Shown here in pieces: positions 1-10,875 of a stretch of DNA of 32,000 nt (position 1 is its first letter; every line of letters starts with the position of its first letter). The stretch lies in assembly GCA_000503875.1 (NCBI GenBank), contig CP006913.1, positions 810,001 to 842,000 of the forward strand, in the 5' to 3' direction. The stretch is from Candidatus Saccharimonadota bacterium (GTDB lineage Bacteria; Patescibacteriota; Gracilibacteria; Absconditabacterales; Absconditicoccaceae). A program made the position numbers and the translations under genes. Under the pieces are notes generated by a model. It worked only from the letters and a program-made list of their open reading frames with translations, was not told where the DNA came from and did not search any database.

Positions 1-451
1 AGGCTTTTTAACAATAGCCTGAAGTTGAGCCCTTAATATAGGGTCAATTTCTTCAAATCCAAGCATAGAAGAACGTACAATTTCGGTAGAAAATATTTTG
101 CAGATAAGAGATATTGCTGGCCTTTGCAATGGACATTATACGACACTACAATTTAGTGATTTATCAAATTGATCAGAAATCATAAGTAATCAAAATATAA
201 CAATGAATTTACAATCAATAACAAAAATTCTAGGTAAAGATAATACTAGCCTCTCATTATGATTAATCATAGACAATCAACGATGAGCTACCAAAAATTC
301 TACAACACATATATATAGATCAATCGGAACAAATTGTTGATATATAGGACAATATGGAACAACTGGGGATATAAAAATAAATATCCCTGCAAATCAATCT
401 GCAGGAACATATAGAGGGAAAATATATTATTTATTGATAGATAATAATTAA
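1..451 (+). CDS. 3' end of a secreted/surface protein (partial at window edge)
   Basis: The frame starting at nt 2 is open to TAA 449-451 if 6 in-frame TGA are read as sense. The C-terminus ...IPANQSAGTYRGKIYYLLIDNN resembles the end of 3447..4019 (...PQNQTPGTYTSTFTITLPNF). Confidence 0.55.
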
Positions 452-1404
452 CGTCTTAATATTATTTTTAGAATTCGTCTCAAAACAAACAAAGCAACAA
501 AAAATCAGACTATTCCAAAAATCAACATCCATGGTACGAGGATAATGTTTTTATCATAAGAAAAATCTATTTTTTGTTTGTATTCTTCTGGCACATAAGA
601 CAGATCCAATCTGGTATCCAAAAGTGAAAATCACTGAAAAAAGAAACTATAAACTCATTTATAAAAAGGAATATCCGCAAAACGAAATTCAATCATCGAA
701 GACGTTCAATAATCTATTATTTTAGATGAAGTAACCATTCTTTCATATCCCAATATATTTGATAATCTTCAGGTATATTGCAAAAATTCTGGTAAAATTC
801 ATCAATTAGAAAAAGGCAGCAAAACAACCAAAGCACTATCTTCTTTATCTATATAATAAATCACAGAAGAATCATTATCAAATTCAATATTCCTTTTAAA
901 ATCTCCCACAACATATCCATCCATAAAATTTGCCTTACGAACAATAATATCAAAAGAAGATCAATCTTGCTGAAGACTTTTTTCCTGATCCAAAACGTGA
1001 TAAACCAAACATCAATTTACTTCACCAGAATATCCCAAAGGAAAAGAAAGCGTTCAAGTTTTTTGAACCACAGATCAAGAAGAAATTAACATAGTTTTTT
1101 CCAAAAAATCAACATAAGGTGAAAATAGCCTTCATTGATGAGAACATGCTTTGTTATGAAGTTCATCATTAGTTAATTCACCATCAACAAATCACAAAGA
1201 AAGAGAAACCTTTTCTTTGCTAGTATTTGCAATTTCCAAACAAAATTCATAAGGAACACCAGCTTGAGCTACAAAATTCATTGATTTACCATCAGCTCAT
1301 GTTGTATTATTACAAAAAGATACAGAAACATCTCAAAGAGAATCCGCAAAAGAGAAAGACAATCACAACAAGAATATAACAATCAGAAAACTTATTTTTT
1401 TCAT
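448..1404 (-). CDS. Surface protein paralog A: N-terminal signal peptide, C-terminal membrane anchor (318 aa)
   Basis: Runs from ATG 1404 to TAA 448-450. I checked every triplet and found no TAA/TAG but many in-frame TGA. N-terminus MKKISFLIVIFLLGLSFSFA. C-terminal hydrophobic helix plus basic tail ...WMLIFGIVGFFVALFVLRRILKIILRR. Shares the motifs FCNN..G and (I/L)(I/V)VRKA with the next two genes. Confidence 0.7.
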
Positions 1405-1423
1405 TCATTTCACAACGATAAAA

Positions 1424-2179
1424 TTATTTTTTATGGTTAGGCTTTTTTATCGAAGATTTTTTTTTGGAACGAATCATAGGAATCAAAGAATATACCAACA
1501 ATATTCCACAAACAATAATACCTATTTTTGCTATAGTACGAGTATTTTTCTTTACTAAAAGCATAATATCATCAAACCATTGAAAACGATATGGTTCTCA
1601 CATAACAGACACTTTTATATTTCCAGCTTTACGAATTACTAAATTAAAAGGAGAACTAGCAGAAAGTTTTTCTGAAGTTTCTAAATTAATAGCGAGACAG
1701 GTAATATATTTCCCTGATGCAACATCAGAAGCTGATAATCTAAAATGTTTTATAAGTTGTTGTTGTGCTCACAAATCTACAACACCTGATAGTTCTTCAA
1801 AATCAGAAACAGTGAAATCTCATGTCAAACCAGCTACATTAGAACATACAATATTTCCATTAGCATTTAATGAACCAGGAACAATATTTGCAACAATACG
1901 CAAAGGAGTAGAAGATTGATTTACCAAAGCAATACAAATATCTTTTTTTTGATTTGGTTTCATAATTAAATCAAGAGAAGAAGACAATTGATTAGTACCA
2001 AATCCGTTATTACAAAATTTCAAAGATACTTTATTAATCTGATTATTATGCACAAGTCACATATTTAATTGATCATTCAATATTTTAGTATCTGTTGTAA
2101 CATTATTTTCTCCTTCATTTTGTGCAAAAACAAATGAACTCAATAGGATAGGAACAAAAATCAAAAAATACTTCTTCAT
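1424..2179 (-). CDS. Surface protein paralog B: signal peptide and C-terminal membrane anchor (251 aa)
   Basis: Runs from ATG 2179 (MKKYFLIFVPILLSSFVFAQ) to TAA 1424-1426. The frame was checked triplet by triplet. It contains track ORF 1820..2053 and reads through several TGA. Motifs LKFCNNGFG and FNLVIRKA. C-terminus IAKIGIIVCGILLVYSLIPMIRSKKK. Confidence 0.7.
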
Positions 2180-2214
2180 ACTCTCTCTATAATAAATATA
2201 AAAACAAGTCTATA

Positions 2215-3189
2215 CTATTCAGCTGTTTTCTTTTTAGGAACAATAATTTTTACAATCAATCCAAGAATAATCAATGCAAGAATTACATACACCCAAGAAA
2301 AAATAAACAAAGATGCAGTTTCTTTTATAATAGTTGGTTGTTTAAATTTTTCATCTATACCTGTTGCATCAAATTCAAACAAAGGTTCTCCAATAACTGA
2401 AACTCTAGCTGAAAACAATCATTTATAAAAAGGGACTATTCCCAAGTTTACAGATATTTCATAAACATCTCCTGGTAACAATTTTCTTATAGGAGCATCA
2501 AATGGTCTTTCAAAACCAAGGGGGTTATATAGTTTTCCAGATAAAGAAACATTTTGAGTTAAGTTTCCATTGTTTTTTACATTAAATTTCAACATCAAAT
2601 CTCAATCTTCATTAACACTTGCTCAGATATTTTTATTTGACGAATAAAGTGATCACGTAACTGGAATAAGTTGAACAGTGTTGGATATAGAATCTTCTGA
2701 TCATACAAACAAATTAAGATGGACTGCTTTACGAACAACAAGATTAAACATTCCTCACATATTTTCAACTTCGGCTTTACCTAACTGATATGCAAGACAT
2801 CCATAATACATACCCATAGATCCCAAAGGGGGAGAAACCATTTCTTTTACAGTAATTGAAGAATTTCATGATAAAATCAATTGTCTATTTGAATTATCTA
2901 CCAAGAATCTAGCAAAATCGTTTGAGGTATCACATAATTGATTACCTCATTTACTAAAAGAAGCTTTGGGAAAAGAATATTTTACAACAATATTTTCATT
3001 AGATTTATTTTCAATATATATACAAAGTTCTTGTTTTTGTCACGGTTCTATCATAATTGTATATTTATTAACAAGACTACCAGTACCGTCATTACAAAAT
3101 CACAAGGAAACATCTTTTATTCCTTCTTGAGCAAAAGAAAAAGAGCTAAACATAAAAAGTCCTGCCAACAAAAGAAAATACTTTTTCAT
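2215..3189 (-). CDS. Surface protein paralog C: signal peptide and C-terminal membrane anchor (324 aa)
   Basis: Runs from ATG 3189 (MKKYFLLLAGLFMFSSFSFAQ) to TAG 2215-2217, frame checked. Motifs LGFCNDGTG and FNLVVRKA. C-terminus SWVYVILALIILGLIVKIIVPKKK (track ORF 2215..2418). Confidence 0.7.
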
Positions 3190-3352
3190 ACACTATTATC
3201 ATAAAAAAATAAAAATCAGCAATTACTTGTATTGTTCACAAGCAAAAAAGCAAACAAACTCATTGTTTTTCTCCTAGCTTATAACAAAAATATTTTACAA
3301 AACAGTTGACAAAAAGCCATTTTTATCGTTACAAAAAAAAGTATTCAAAAAT

Positions 3353-3381
3353 TTGACAAAAAAACAATTTCCCAATATAAT
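3353..3381 (+). promoter_or_regulatory. Sigma-70-like promoter for 3447..4019
   Basis: TTGACA (3353-3358), 17-nt spacer, TATAAT (3376-3381), about 65 nt upstream of the ATG. Confidence 0.4.
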
Positions 3382-3446
3382 TAGATGTACAATAAAGAAA
3401 CCAATCTTTATACAACAGTACATTTTACTTATTTATTCTTACAAAA

Positions 3447-4019
3447 ATGAAAAAAAATTTATTAAAAGTTGGAGCTTTGGCTCTAGGAATGTTTGCATTT
3501 TGATTAATGATTAATGCAAACGCTCAAGAAACAGGTCAAGTATCTTTGACTATTAATTCAGGAACATCTATTTGTGATTATGGAACAGATTTAACATTTA
3601 CAGCTCAAGAAGTTAAAATGGATTCTGGATACGTATTCCAATCAAACTTTCTTACTGGTGTTGGTCAAACCAATACTTGGAGTTGTATAGATAGAGCTGC
3701 AGAAAATACATGGTCTTTTTATGTTACAGCTAGTGATCTTGTATTAAGTGGACAACCTAGTGTAACTATCGCTTCAGGTAATATTGCTATTCAATATACA
3801 GCTGGAACTACAGAAGGAGACACTGTGGATTGTACAGTAGAAAATGAAGGAGCATGGAATTCTCTCTCTGGAGATGTTGAAATGATGCAAAGAGATTATA
3901 ATACAAAAGGAGTTTGTAAAGTAACTATTAATGCTGTTGAATTGAAAGTTGATGTACCTCAAAATCAAACACCAGGAACATACACAAGTACATTCACTAT
4001 AACATTACCTAACTTCTAA
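3447..4019 (+). CDS. Small secreted protein (190 aa), paralog-like of the partial CDS at 1..451
   Basis: ATG 3447 (MKKNLLKVGALALGMFAFGLMINANAQE, with one TGA inside the signal peptide) is in frame with track ORF 3507..4019. The protein ends ...PGTYTSTFTITLPNF. Confidence 0.75.
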
Positions 4020-4058
4020 TTAACTTTATCAAAACGTACTGTTGTAAAATATCAAAAA

Positions 4059-4087
4059 ACGCCGAGGCATGTCCCCGGCGTTTTTCT
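4059..4087. terminator. Rho-independent terminator between convergent genes
   Basis: Stem acgccgagg / ccccggcgt with loop catgt, followed by tttttct. It is preceded by an A-run, so it could work in both directions. Confidence 0.6.
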
Positions 4088-4135
4088 GTTATATTCTAAA
4101 TTGCAAACAGCAGTAAAGTAATTCAGTACTAAGAA

Positions 4136-5602
4136 TTAATTTCCCAACCACTCCATAAATACCTGATAATCATGCTGGATGTCCTCATCGTTTTTAAGTT
4201 TTTTTTCTATATTATCTACCGCATAAATTACCGACGCATGATTTTTTCCACCAAAATAATCTCCGATTTTTTCAAAAGTCCAATGGAAATGCTTTTTTGC
4301 CAAATACATCAATATCTGTCTTGGAACTGTTACTTCTTTGGTTCTTGTTTCTGACTTCAAATCAGCAACTCCTATAGAATAATACGAAGATACCATTTCT
4401 ACTAGTTGTCCAAAATTTTGAACTCCTTTCGTGTTAACTACCTGAGTAAACGAACGATCACTATCTATACTATATCACAAGGTTTTTAGACATTCAACAA
4501 CATCTTGTTCTCCAAGTTCTATATGAAGAATTTTTTTCCTTGTTAAAAGAATATTGAGTGCTCATTCTAATTCTCTTACATTATCTTTTATATGTTTTGC
4601 AATAAGTTCGAGTAAATGCGTATCAAGAGCCTCCCCTTTCGCTGCCAATTTTGTTTGCAAAATAGCAATTCTTGTTTCAAAATCAGGAGATTTAATATCA
4701 GCTACCAACCCCAAGGCAAAACGACTTTTAAGTCTTGGCTCTATATGCAAGAGTTCTTTTGGCGGACGATCAGAAGACATAATAACTTGTTTTTTTTGTG
4801 ATTGAAAATCATTGAAAATTGTATGAAAGATTTCTTGCGTTTTTTCTTTTTCCGCCAAAAATTGGATATCATCTATCATCAACACATCTACGCCTTCAAA
4901 TTTTTTATAAAGATTGGGCAATTTATTGGTTCTCGTAGCTGAAATAATTTCATCGATCAACTTAGTCGCGGGAAAATAAACCACAACCTTATCAGGATAT
5001 CTTTGCATAATTTCATTTCCAATTGCTTGCATCAAATGCGTTTTTCCAAGTCCTACATTTCCATACAAAAATAATGGGTTGTATGCAGTACCCGGTTGCT
5101 CAGCTACTGCCTTCGCAGCAGAAAAGGCAATCATTGTTGCTGAACCGACTACAAACGTATCAAACCTAAAAACAGGTTCAAACAAAATACCAAAATGCTC
5201 TGTTAATTCATGTTTTACTTCCTTTCTAGAAAGCAACGGTTCAATTTTATCATCAGATACTTTTAATATTTTTTTAAGATTCAACAAAAGTTCGCTTCCA
5301 TTGAGAAATGGCGGATAAACAAGGACTTTAATACCAAATTGCGGATTATAAATAGATTCTATCGCTTCTTTAAGTGATTTTTGAAAAAATTTCTTTACCT
5401 GCGTTAAGACAAATTCATTTGATACACCTATATAAACTATTTTTTCTTTCTCATCAATATCTATAATTCCTACCTTATTCAAAAATGAAAATAATTTCTT
5501 ATGATCATGGGAATTTGCTAACTGCAAAATCACTTTCTCCCATAATTCGCGAAGATAAGTTATTTTTTGAGAATCATATTGTTGAGCCAAATCTATCAAC
5601 AT
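4136..5602 (-). CDS. dnaA: Chromosomal replication initiator DnaA (488 aa)
   Basis: Track ORFs 4136..4396 and 4562..5602 share a frame. They are joined by TGA 4562-4564, which lands on the Gly of the DnaA motif VRELEGAL. Walker A GNVGLGKTHL, Walker B VLMIDDIQF, domain IV ...GGKNHASVIYA. Confidence 0.95.
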
Positions 5603-5646
5603 ATATAAAAAGGAATCTATAAGATAAAATATCGTTTAATAAGAAC

Positions 5647-6063
5647 CTAATGTTTAACAAAATGAACATATGCTTTTTGAAGAATATTTTTATCTGATTC
5701 AAAAGTCAACAAACGAAGTGCATTTTCAACGCTTTTCCAGCAAAAATTTCTAAGTTCTGCCTTTTGTAACACAACAGTATCATCATAAACTTCTCCCACA
5801 AAAAATCCAACCCTTTTATTAATCAATCCTCCTTCCCTATCAAAAAACGAATAATAATGATCAAAATACACATTGGGGAAAACAGTTATATCAGTCAATC
5901 CAGTTTCCTCGAATACCTCTCTTTTTGCGGTTTGCAAAGGTGTTTCTTGGGGTTCCATACGCCCTTTCGGAAACGACCAATGTCATCAAATATGCTGCAC
6001 AAGAAGTACATTATATCAAGATTTCTCCTTCAAAAAAGGAATAATTCAGTACGAATATTGCAC
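5647..6063 (-). CDS. Nudix hydrolase (138 aa)
   Basis: Nudix box GGHWSFPKGRMEPQETPLQTAKREVFEETGL, whose two leading Gly are TGA at 5983-5988. GTG 6063 is the first start after an in-frame TAA and is preceded by aagaagg. Confidence 0.8.
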
Positions 6064-6087
6064 AATACCTTCTTACAAAATAAATAA

Positions 6088-6486
6088 TTACACATAAAAA
6101 ATCTGACTTTTTATTTTCTTTACTATAGTCAACAACGATGGAATTGCTTTTTCCAAGTAAACTTTTTCTTCTTTGGGAAACAAAATATATGTATTAGCAT
6201 AACTTTCTGGTTCATGAACCAATCAATAAAGCAATGCTTCTTTTACAAAAATAGGCGTATTTTGGTAGTGATAAAGATTTCCAAAACTATCTCCCAATGC
6301 CACAAATTCTTCTTCTGATATCTTTTTGAGAAGCAACTCTTGAAAAGCCAAGAAAACAAATCATTGAGATGAGAAAGAAACAATTTTATAATCTGGATTT
6401 TCAATCATTTTTTCCGCCAAAGAAACATATTCTGCAGAAAAAGGTATTTGCAATAAATCCAATACCAAACCAAATATTTTTATCAT
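6088..6486 (-). CDS. Hypothetical protein (132 aa)
   Basis: Runs from ATG 6486 to TAA 6088-6090, frame checked, with 2 in-frame TGA. It overlaps the stop of the upstream gene by 7 nt, an operon-like arrangement. Confidence 0.55.
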
Positions 6487-7145
6487 AACAAATCTAAAGG
6501 AGTAAAAATAGAATCAAGCGTTTTTTTAAATATTTTTTGTTGTTCATCGACGTCAACATCCGAAATATGATCAAAAATCGATTGTAATCATGCTTGAACA
6601 ACTATTTTTTGTGATTCCTCCAAAGAAAGTCCTTTAGACATCATATAAAAGAGTTTTTGTTGATCAAGTGTATGAATTTTTGCTCAATGAGACGCTTTAA
6701 CACGATGCGAATGGACATCCAAAAGAGGACGGACAAGCAGATGTTTAGGAGTTCCTAACAGGAATTGTTCTTCTTTCAGGTGTCCTTCCACATGTTCAAT
6801 AGTTTTGCCAATTATGATATTTCCATCTACTTGCATAGTTGAACCTTCTTTGACGATACAAAAAAGATGCACACTAGCAAAAGCAGTATTTGCCAGCAAT
6901 GTAGTTACGACTTGGGATTTTACATCCCCCACAAAAATCCCAAAAAATTCCAAACGAGAACCGATTCAAGAAAGATCTATTTGAAAATCAACATTTGCAT
7001 TGTTTAATAGAGCAACGTAACAAACATTTGCATTATCATTCAACTGTATATTTTTTTTCCCAGAACAATCAAAAGAAACATCCAAAACTTGATGTTGTTC
7101 ACCTGATCAAAAGCTAATGGGAGAAAATATATTTTTTATCAGCAT
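6480..7145 (-). CDS. Short SufB/SufD-family (UPF0051-like) protein (221 aa)
   Basis: Runs from ATG 7145 to TAA 6480-6482, frame checked. The segment ...GHLKEEQFLLGTPKHLLVRPLLDVHSHRVKASHGAKIHTLDQQKLFYMMSKGLSLEES resembles the C-terminal SufB/D signature (P.L.I..DV.c.HGa..g.ld.eqlfYl.sRG). Confidence 0.6.
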
Positions 7146-7148
7146 AAA

Positions 7149-7580
7149 TTATTTTTCTTGTGATTTAATTAAATTAACAAAATCTTCTTTGGATATTGAA
7201 GGAGCAGTTTCTTCTTCTCAAGTCATAGATTTTTGATTATCCAAAGATCCAGAAAATCCAAATGAACCATCAGCTACATCAGCCTCTTTTGGCAAAAAAT
7301 AATCATCTTCCAAAAAACCAGATGATTCTGCTTCCAAAAGAGCATCTCTCAAAATCTCATCATCAGACATTTCGTTTTCTACTATTTCATCTTCTAATAG
7401 TTCATTTTCAATATTTGTTTTTGAGGAAAAGATTTCTTGGATACTTATACTATTCAAGTAGCCAATATATTCTATAAAATTACCTTTAAATTTTATCAAT
7501 CCAAATAAGAATGATCCCAAAAGAATTAATAATAATCACCAAAGCAAAGTTTTAATAGTTTTTCCTAGAAAAGTAGCCAT
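7149..7580 (-). CDS. Small membrane-anchored acidic protein (143 aa)
   Basis: Runs from ATG 7580 (MATFLGKTIKTLLWGLLLILLGSFLFGLI, one TM helix) to TAA 7149-7151. Contains track ORF 7218..7520. The tail is rich in Asp/Glu. Confidence 0.55.
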
Positions 7581-7658
7581 AGAGAGAGATAAAAAACTAA
7601 AATTAACTACTTCTATATTTTTACCAAAAAAAACAAATACAAACTCTATATAAAAAAC

Positions 7659-7686
7659 TTGACAATTTACATTAAATAATTAAAAT
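7659..7686 (+). promoter_or_regulatory. Sigma-70-like promoter for the repeat protein gene
   Basis: TTGACA (7659-7664), 16-nt spacer, TAAAAT (7681-7686). Confidence 0.35.
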
Positions 7687-7719
7687 ATAGATATACATTT
7701 ATTAATAAAAAAATTATTC

Positions 7720-9951
7720 ATGAAAAAAACCAGCTTTTGAATACTTCTTTTAGCATTATTTTCTTTGATAGGAAGTACTACTTTTGCAAGTGATTGTAAA
7801 CAAGTAGAGTTTGAAAATGGAGATGGAAGGGTTTGTGTAAATATAGAAAAAGATGATGATGAAACATTTCAATTAGAGACAGACATTGAAAAAGGTAATT
7901 GAGCATTACGATGCTGAATTCTTCTTTCCAACAATACCTACAAAGAAATCGCTGGTTGTAACAATGAATTTTTTGTAAGTAATTCAAAAGAACAACTTAT
8001 TAAATTATATATCAAATTAGGATCAGAGTATCCAACAGATTGGGACGGGAAACCAAACAATAAAACTGAACGATTATTTCCTCAATGGATGTATGATTTT
8101 GAGGAAGGAGAATGGACAGACGGTATTTCAAACAATGATGATGACGATGACGATAACGATGCCGGAGATGTTGATAATTTCTATGTAACTACTGACGATA
8201 CTACGCCTTCTATCAATCAACGAGTTGATCTCAAAATAAAAGCTCGTGACTCAGATAACGGTACGGTAACTGATTATACTAATGCTGTTGAATTCGTTGT
8301 TTATTACAAAACTTCTTCATCTTCTTCTTGGAGAGAAACTACTTCTTCTACGTATTTTGAATTGGATGATGATTATGAAGATGGATATGATTTCTCTTCT
8401 TCTGATGATGGATACGTAACTTTAACTGATGCTATCAGATTCAAAAAAGATTATGAATATAAAGTTGAGGTTGTTGATGAAGATGACGAAGATATCTTAT
8501 GATACAAAACCTTTGATATAGGTGGTACCAGTAACGATGACGATAACGACGCTTGAGACGTTGATAATTTTTATGTAACTACTGATGATACTACGCCTTC
8601 TATCAATCAACGAGTTGATCTCAAAATAAAAGCTCGTGATAACGGTAACAATACAGTAACTGATTATACTAATGCTGTTGATTTCGTTGTTTACTACAAA
8701 ACTTCTTCATCTTCTTCTTGGAGAGAAACTACTTCTTCTACGTATTTTGAATTAAAATCTACTTATAATAATGGATACGATTTTTCTTCTTCTGATGACG
8801 GATACGTAACTTTAACTGATGCTATTAGATTCAAAAAAGATTATGAATATAAGGTTGAGATTGTTGATGAAGATGACGAAGATATCTTATGATATGAAAC
8901 TTTTGATATCGGTGGTACCAGTAACGATGACGATAACGACGCCGGAGATGTTGATAATTTCTATGTAACTACTGATGATACTACGCCTTCTATCAATCAA
9001 CGAGTTGATCTCAAAATAAAAGCTCGTGATAACGGTAACAATACAGTAACTGATTATACTAATGCTGTTGATTTCGTTGTTTACTACAAAACTTCTTCAT
9101 CTTCCTCTTGGATAGAAACAACATCTTCTACATATTTTGAATTAGATGATGATTATGAAGATGGTTACGATTTTTCTTCTTCTGATGACGGATACGTAAC
9201 TTTAACTGATGCTATTAGATTCAAAAAAGATTATGAATATAAGGTTGAGATTGTTGATGAAGATGACGAAGATATCTTATGATACAAAATATTTGATGTT
9301 GGTTGAAATGATACTATAAGTGACGAAGATCTAGATAATTTTTATGTAACTACCTATGATACATATCCAGATATTAACGAACGAGTTAATCTATTTATTA
9401 AAGCTCGTGATAACGATAATAATACAGTAACTGATTATCGTGGTACGGTAAAATTTGATGTATATTACAAAAAAACTTCATCAAGTTCTTGGACAAAAAC
9501 AACATCTTCTACATATTTTGAATTAGATGATCAATATGAAGATTGATATACGTTTAAATCCAGTGATGATGGTTACGCAACACTATATTATGTTATTAAA
9601 TTCAAAAAAGATTATGATTTTAAAGTAAAAATTGTTGATGATAATAATGACGATATTTATGGTGAAAAAATCTTTTACATTTGAGGAGACTCTTCTGAAA
9701 CTGATTGATACACTGCAGCAGAAATAGAAAACATAGAAAAGGTATATAATTTACGAGATAAATTAATACAATCACTCAAAAGTTCTTCTAGTAAACTTAG
9801 ATATAATCAAACACGAATAACTATGAGCAATGATTTAAAAGAAGAAATGAGAAAAATTATAAATGATGAGGATGATAAAGAATATGATGATTACGAAGAA
9901 TTTTGAAAAGCTTTCAACGAACGATATTCATATACATTAAGGAATAAATAA
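7720..9951 (+). CDS. Secreted acidic tandem-repeat protein (743 aa)
   Basis: Runs from ATG 7720 (MKKTSFGILLLALFSLIGSTTFA) to TAA 9949-9951, frame checked line by line. It has four repeats of about 130 aa (NFYVTTDDTTPSINQ.VDLKIKARD...YKVE.VDEDDEDILGY) separated by poly-Asp linkers. Only fragment 8089..8502 appears in the standard-code track. Confidence 0.8.
8131..9690 (+). repeat. Intragenic tandem repeat: 3 near-identical 390-bp units (8131, 8521, 8911) plus a diverged fourth (9301 to about 9690)
   Basis: The landmark string ttgataattt(c/t)tatgtaact recurs at 8171, 8561 and 8951 with an exact 390-bp period. Units 2 and 3 are identical over long stretches. Confidence 0.9.
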
Positions 9952-10032
9952 GGCACCAAAACTTCCCCAGAAGTTTAAGAAACTTCTATATGATAAAAAA
10001 ACATTGCAAGCATTTTAAAAATCATTACACAT

Positions 10033-10065
10033 AAGCTATGGATCTTTAATTCATAGCTTTTTTTG
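10033..10065 (+). terminator. Rho-independent terminator after the repeat protein gene
   Basis: 8-bp stem aagctatg / catagctt with an 11-nt loop and a T-run, ending immediately before the next ATG (10066). Confidence 0.55.
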
Positions 10066-10803
10066 ATGAAAAAAAAGAAAAATACAAACGATAATAAAAC
10101 AAGCAATCGCGGAAGACCACCAAAAGCTTTTGTTTCTAAAAAAACTCAAATCAAAAGAGACAAACCAGGAAGACCAAAAAAACATGAAAAAATAGTATTA
10201 CCACAAATACCAGAAAAAAAAGAAAACAAAGTTAAAGATGCTATTATTTGGGCATTATTTATTATTTCTTTTTTTGTTTTTGGTTTTTCATTATATGTTA
10301 GTCAAAAAGAGAAAATAGCAGGATTATTAAGCCAAAAATCAACAATACCACAAGAAGAAATACAAATTCAAGAAACAGAATCGCTTATTGAAGAATCTAT
10401 ACCACAAGAGCCAATACCAGCTGTATCTCAAGATGAAAAATTTGTGATTTTGCAAAACATATATTCATTAATTCAACAGGCAAAATTTGACGAAATATAT
10501 ACTCATATAGATACAATTCTCAGACAAAGTTCTGTTTTTAAAACATATTTTTCCAAAAATCGATTACAAAGATTTATAAATAACATAGATAACCAAAAAA
10601 TATCTATAGAGCTAATTAATATAGATAATGACACATCAAAAATCAGATATAAACTAAGTTATTCTATCAAAAACGTACCCTTTATTGAAGAACGAGAAAC
10701 TGTTTTTATTACAAAAAATGACGAACAAAAAATAGCAAAAATAATGTGCATAACTCAATGATGTTCAAAAATGCCTTTCTTTAATCCAGGAAAATATTTT
10801 TAA
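10066..10803 (+). CDS. Membrane protein with an N-terminal AT-hook-like basic region (245 aa)
   Basis: Runs from ATG 10066 to TAA 10801-10803, reading through TGA 10759-10761. Basic motifs NRGRPPKA and KPGRPKK are followed by TM helix AIIWALFIISFFVFGFSLYV and then a domain of about 170 aa. Confidence 0.65.
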
Positions 10804-10838
10804 ACTAAAAAAATAAAGCAATAAAAAGAATAAAATAA

Positions 10839-10875
10839 GACGCCGAAACTTCCCTAGAAGTTTAACGTCGTTTTA
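10839..10875 (+). terminator. Hairpin terminator carrying a core shared with 9958..9987
   Basis: Sequence gacgccgaaacttc-ccta-gaagtttaacgtc followed by gtttta. Confidence 0.45.

Noticed and set aside
2938-3204. Plus-strand ORF 2938..3204
   Set aside because: It is antisense to surface protein paralog C (2215..3189) and looks like an AT-rich shadow ORF.
4554-5318. Plus-strand track ORFs 4554..4805, 4616..4801 and 5079..5318
   Set aside because: They are antisense to dnaA, which is strongly supported, and their translations are low-complexity and typical of antisense frames.
8131-9690. Interpreting the regular repeats as a CRISPR array or mobile-element repeats
   Set aside because: The units are 390 bp, contiguous, in frame, and encode a continuous protein with no unique spacers.
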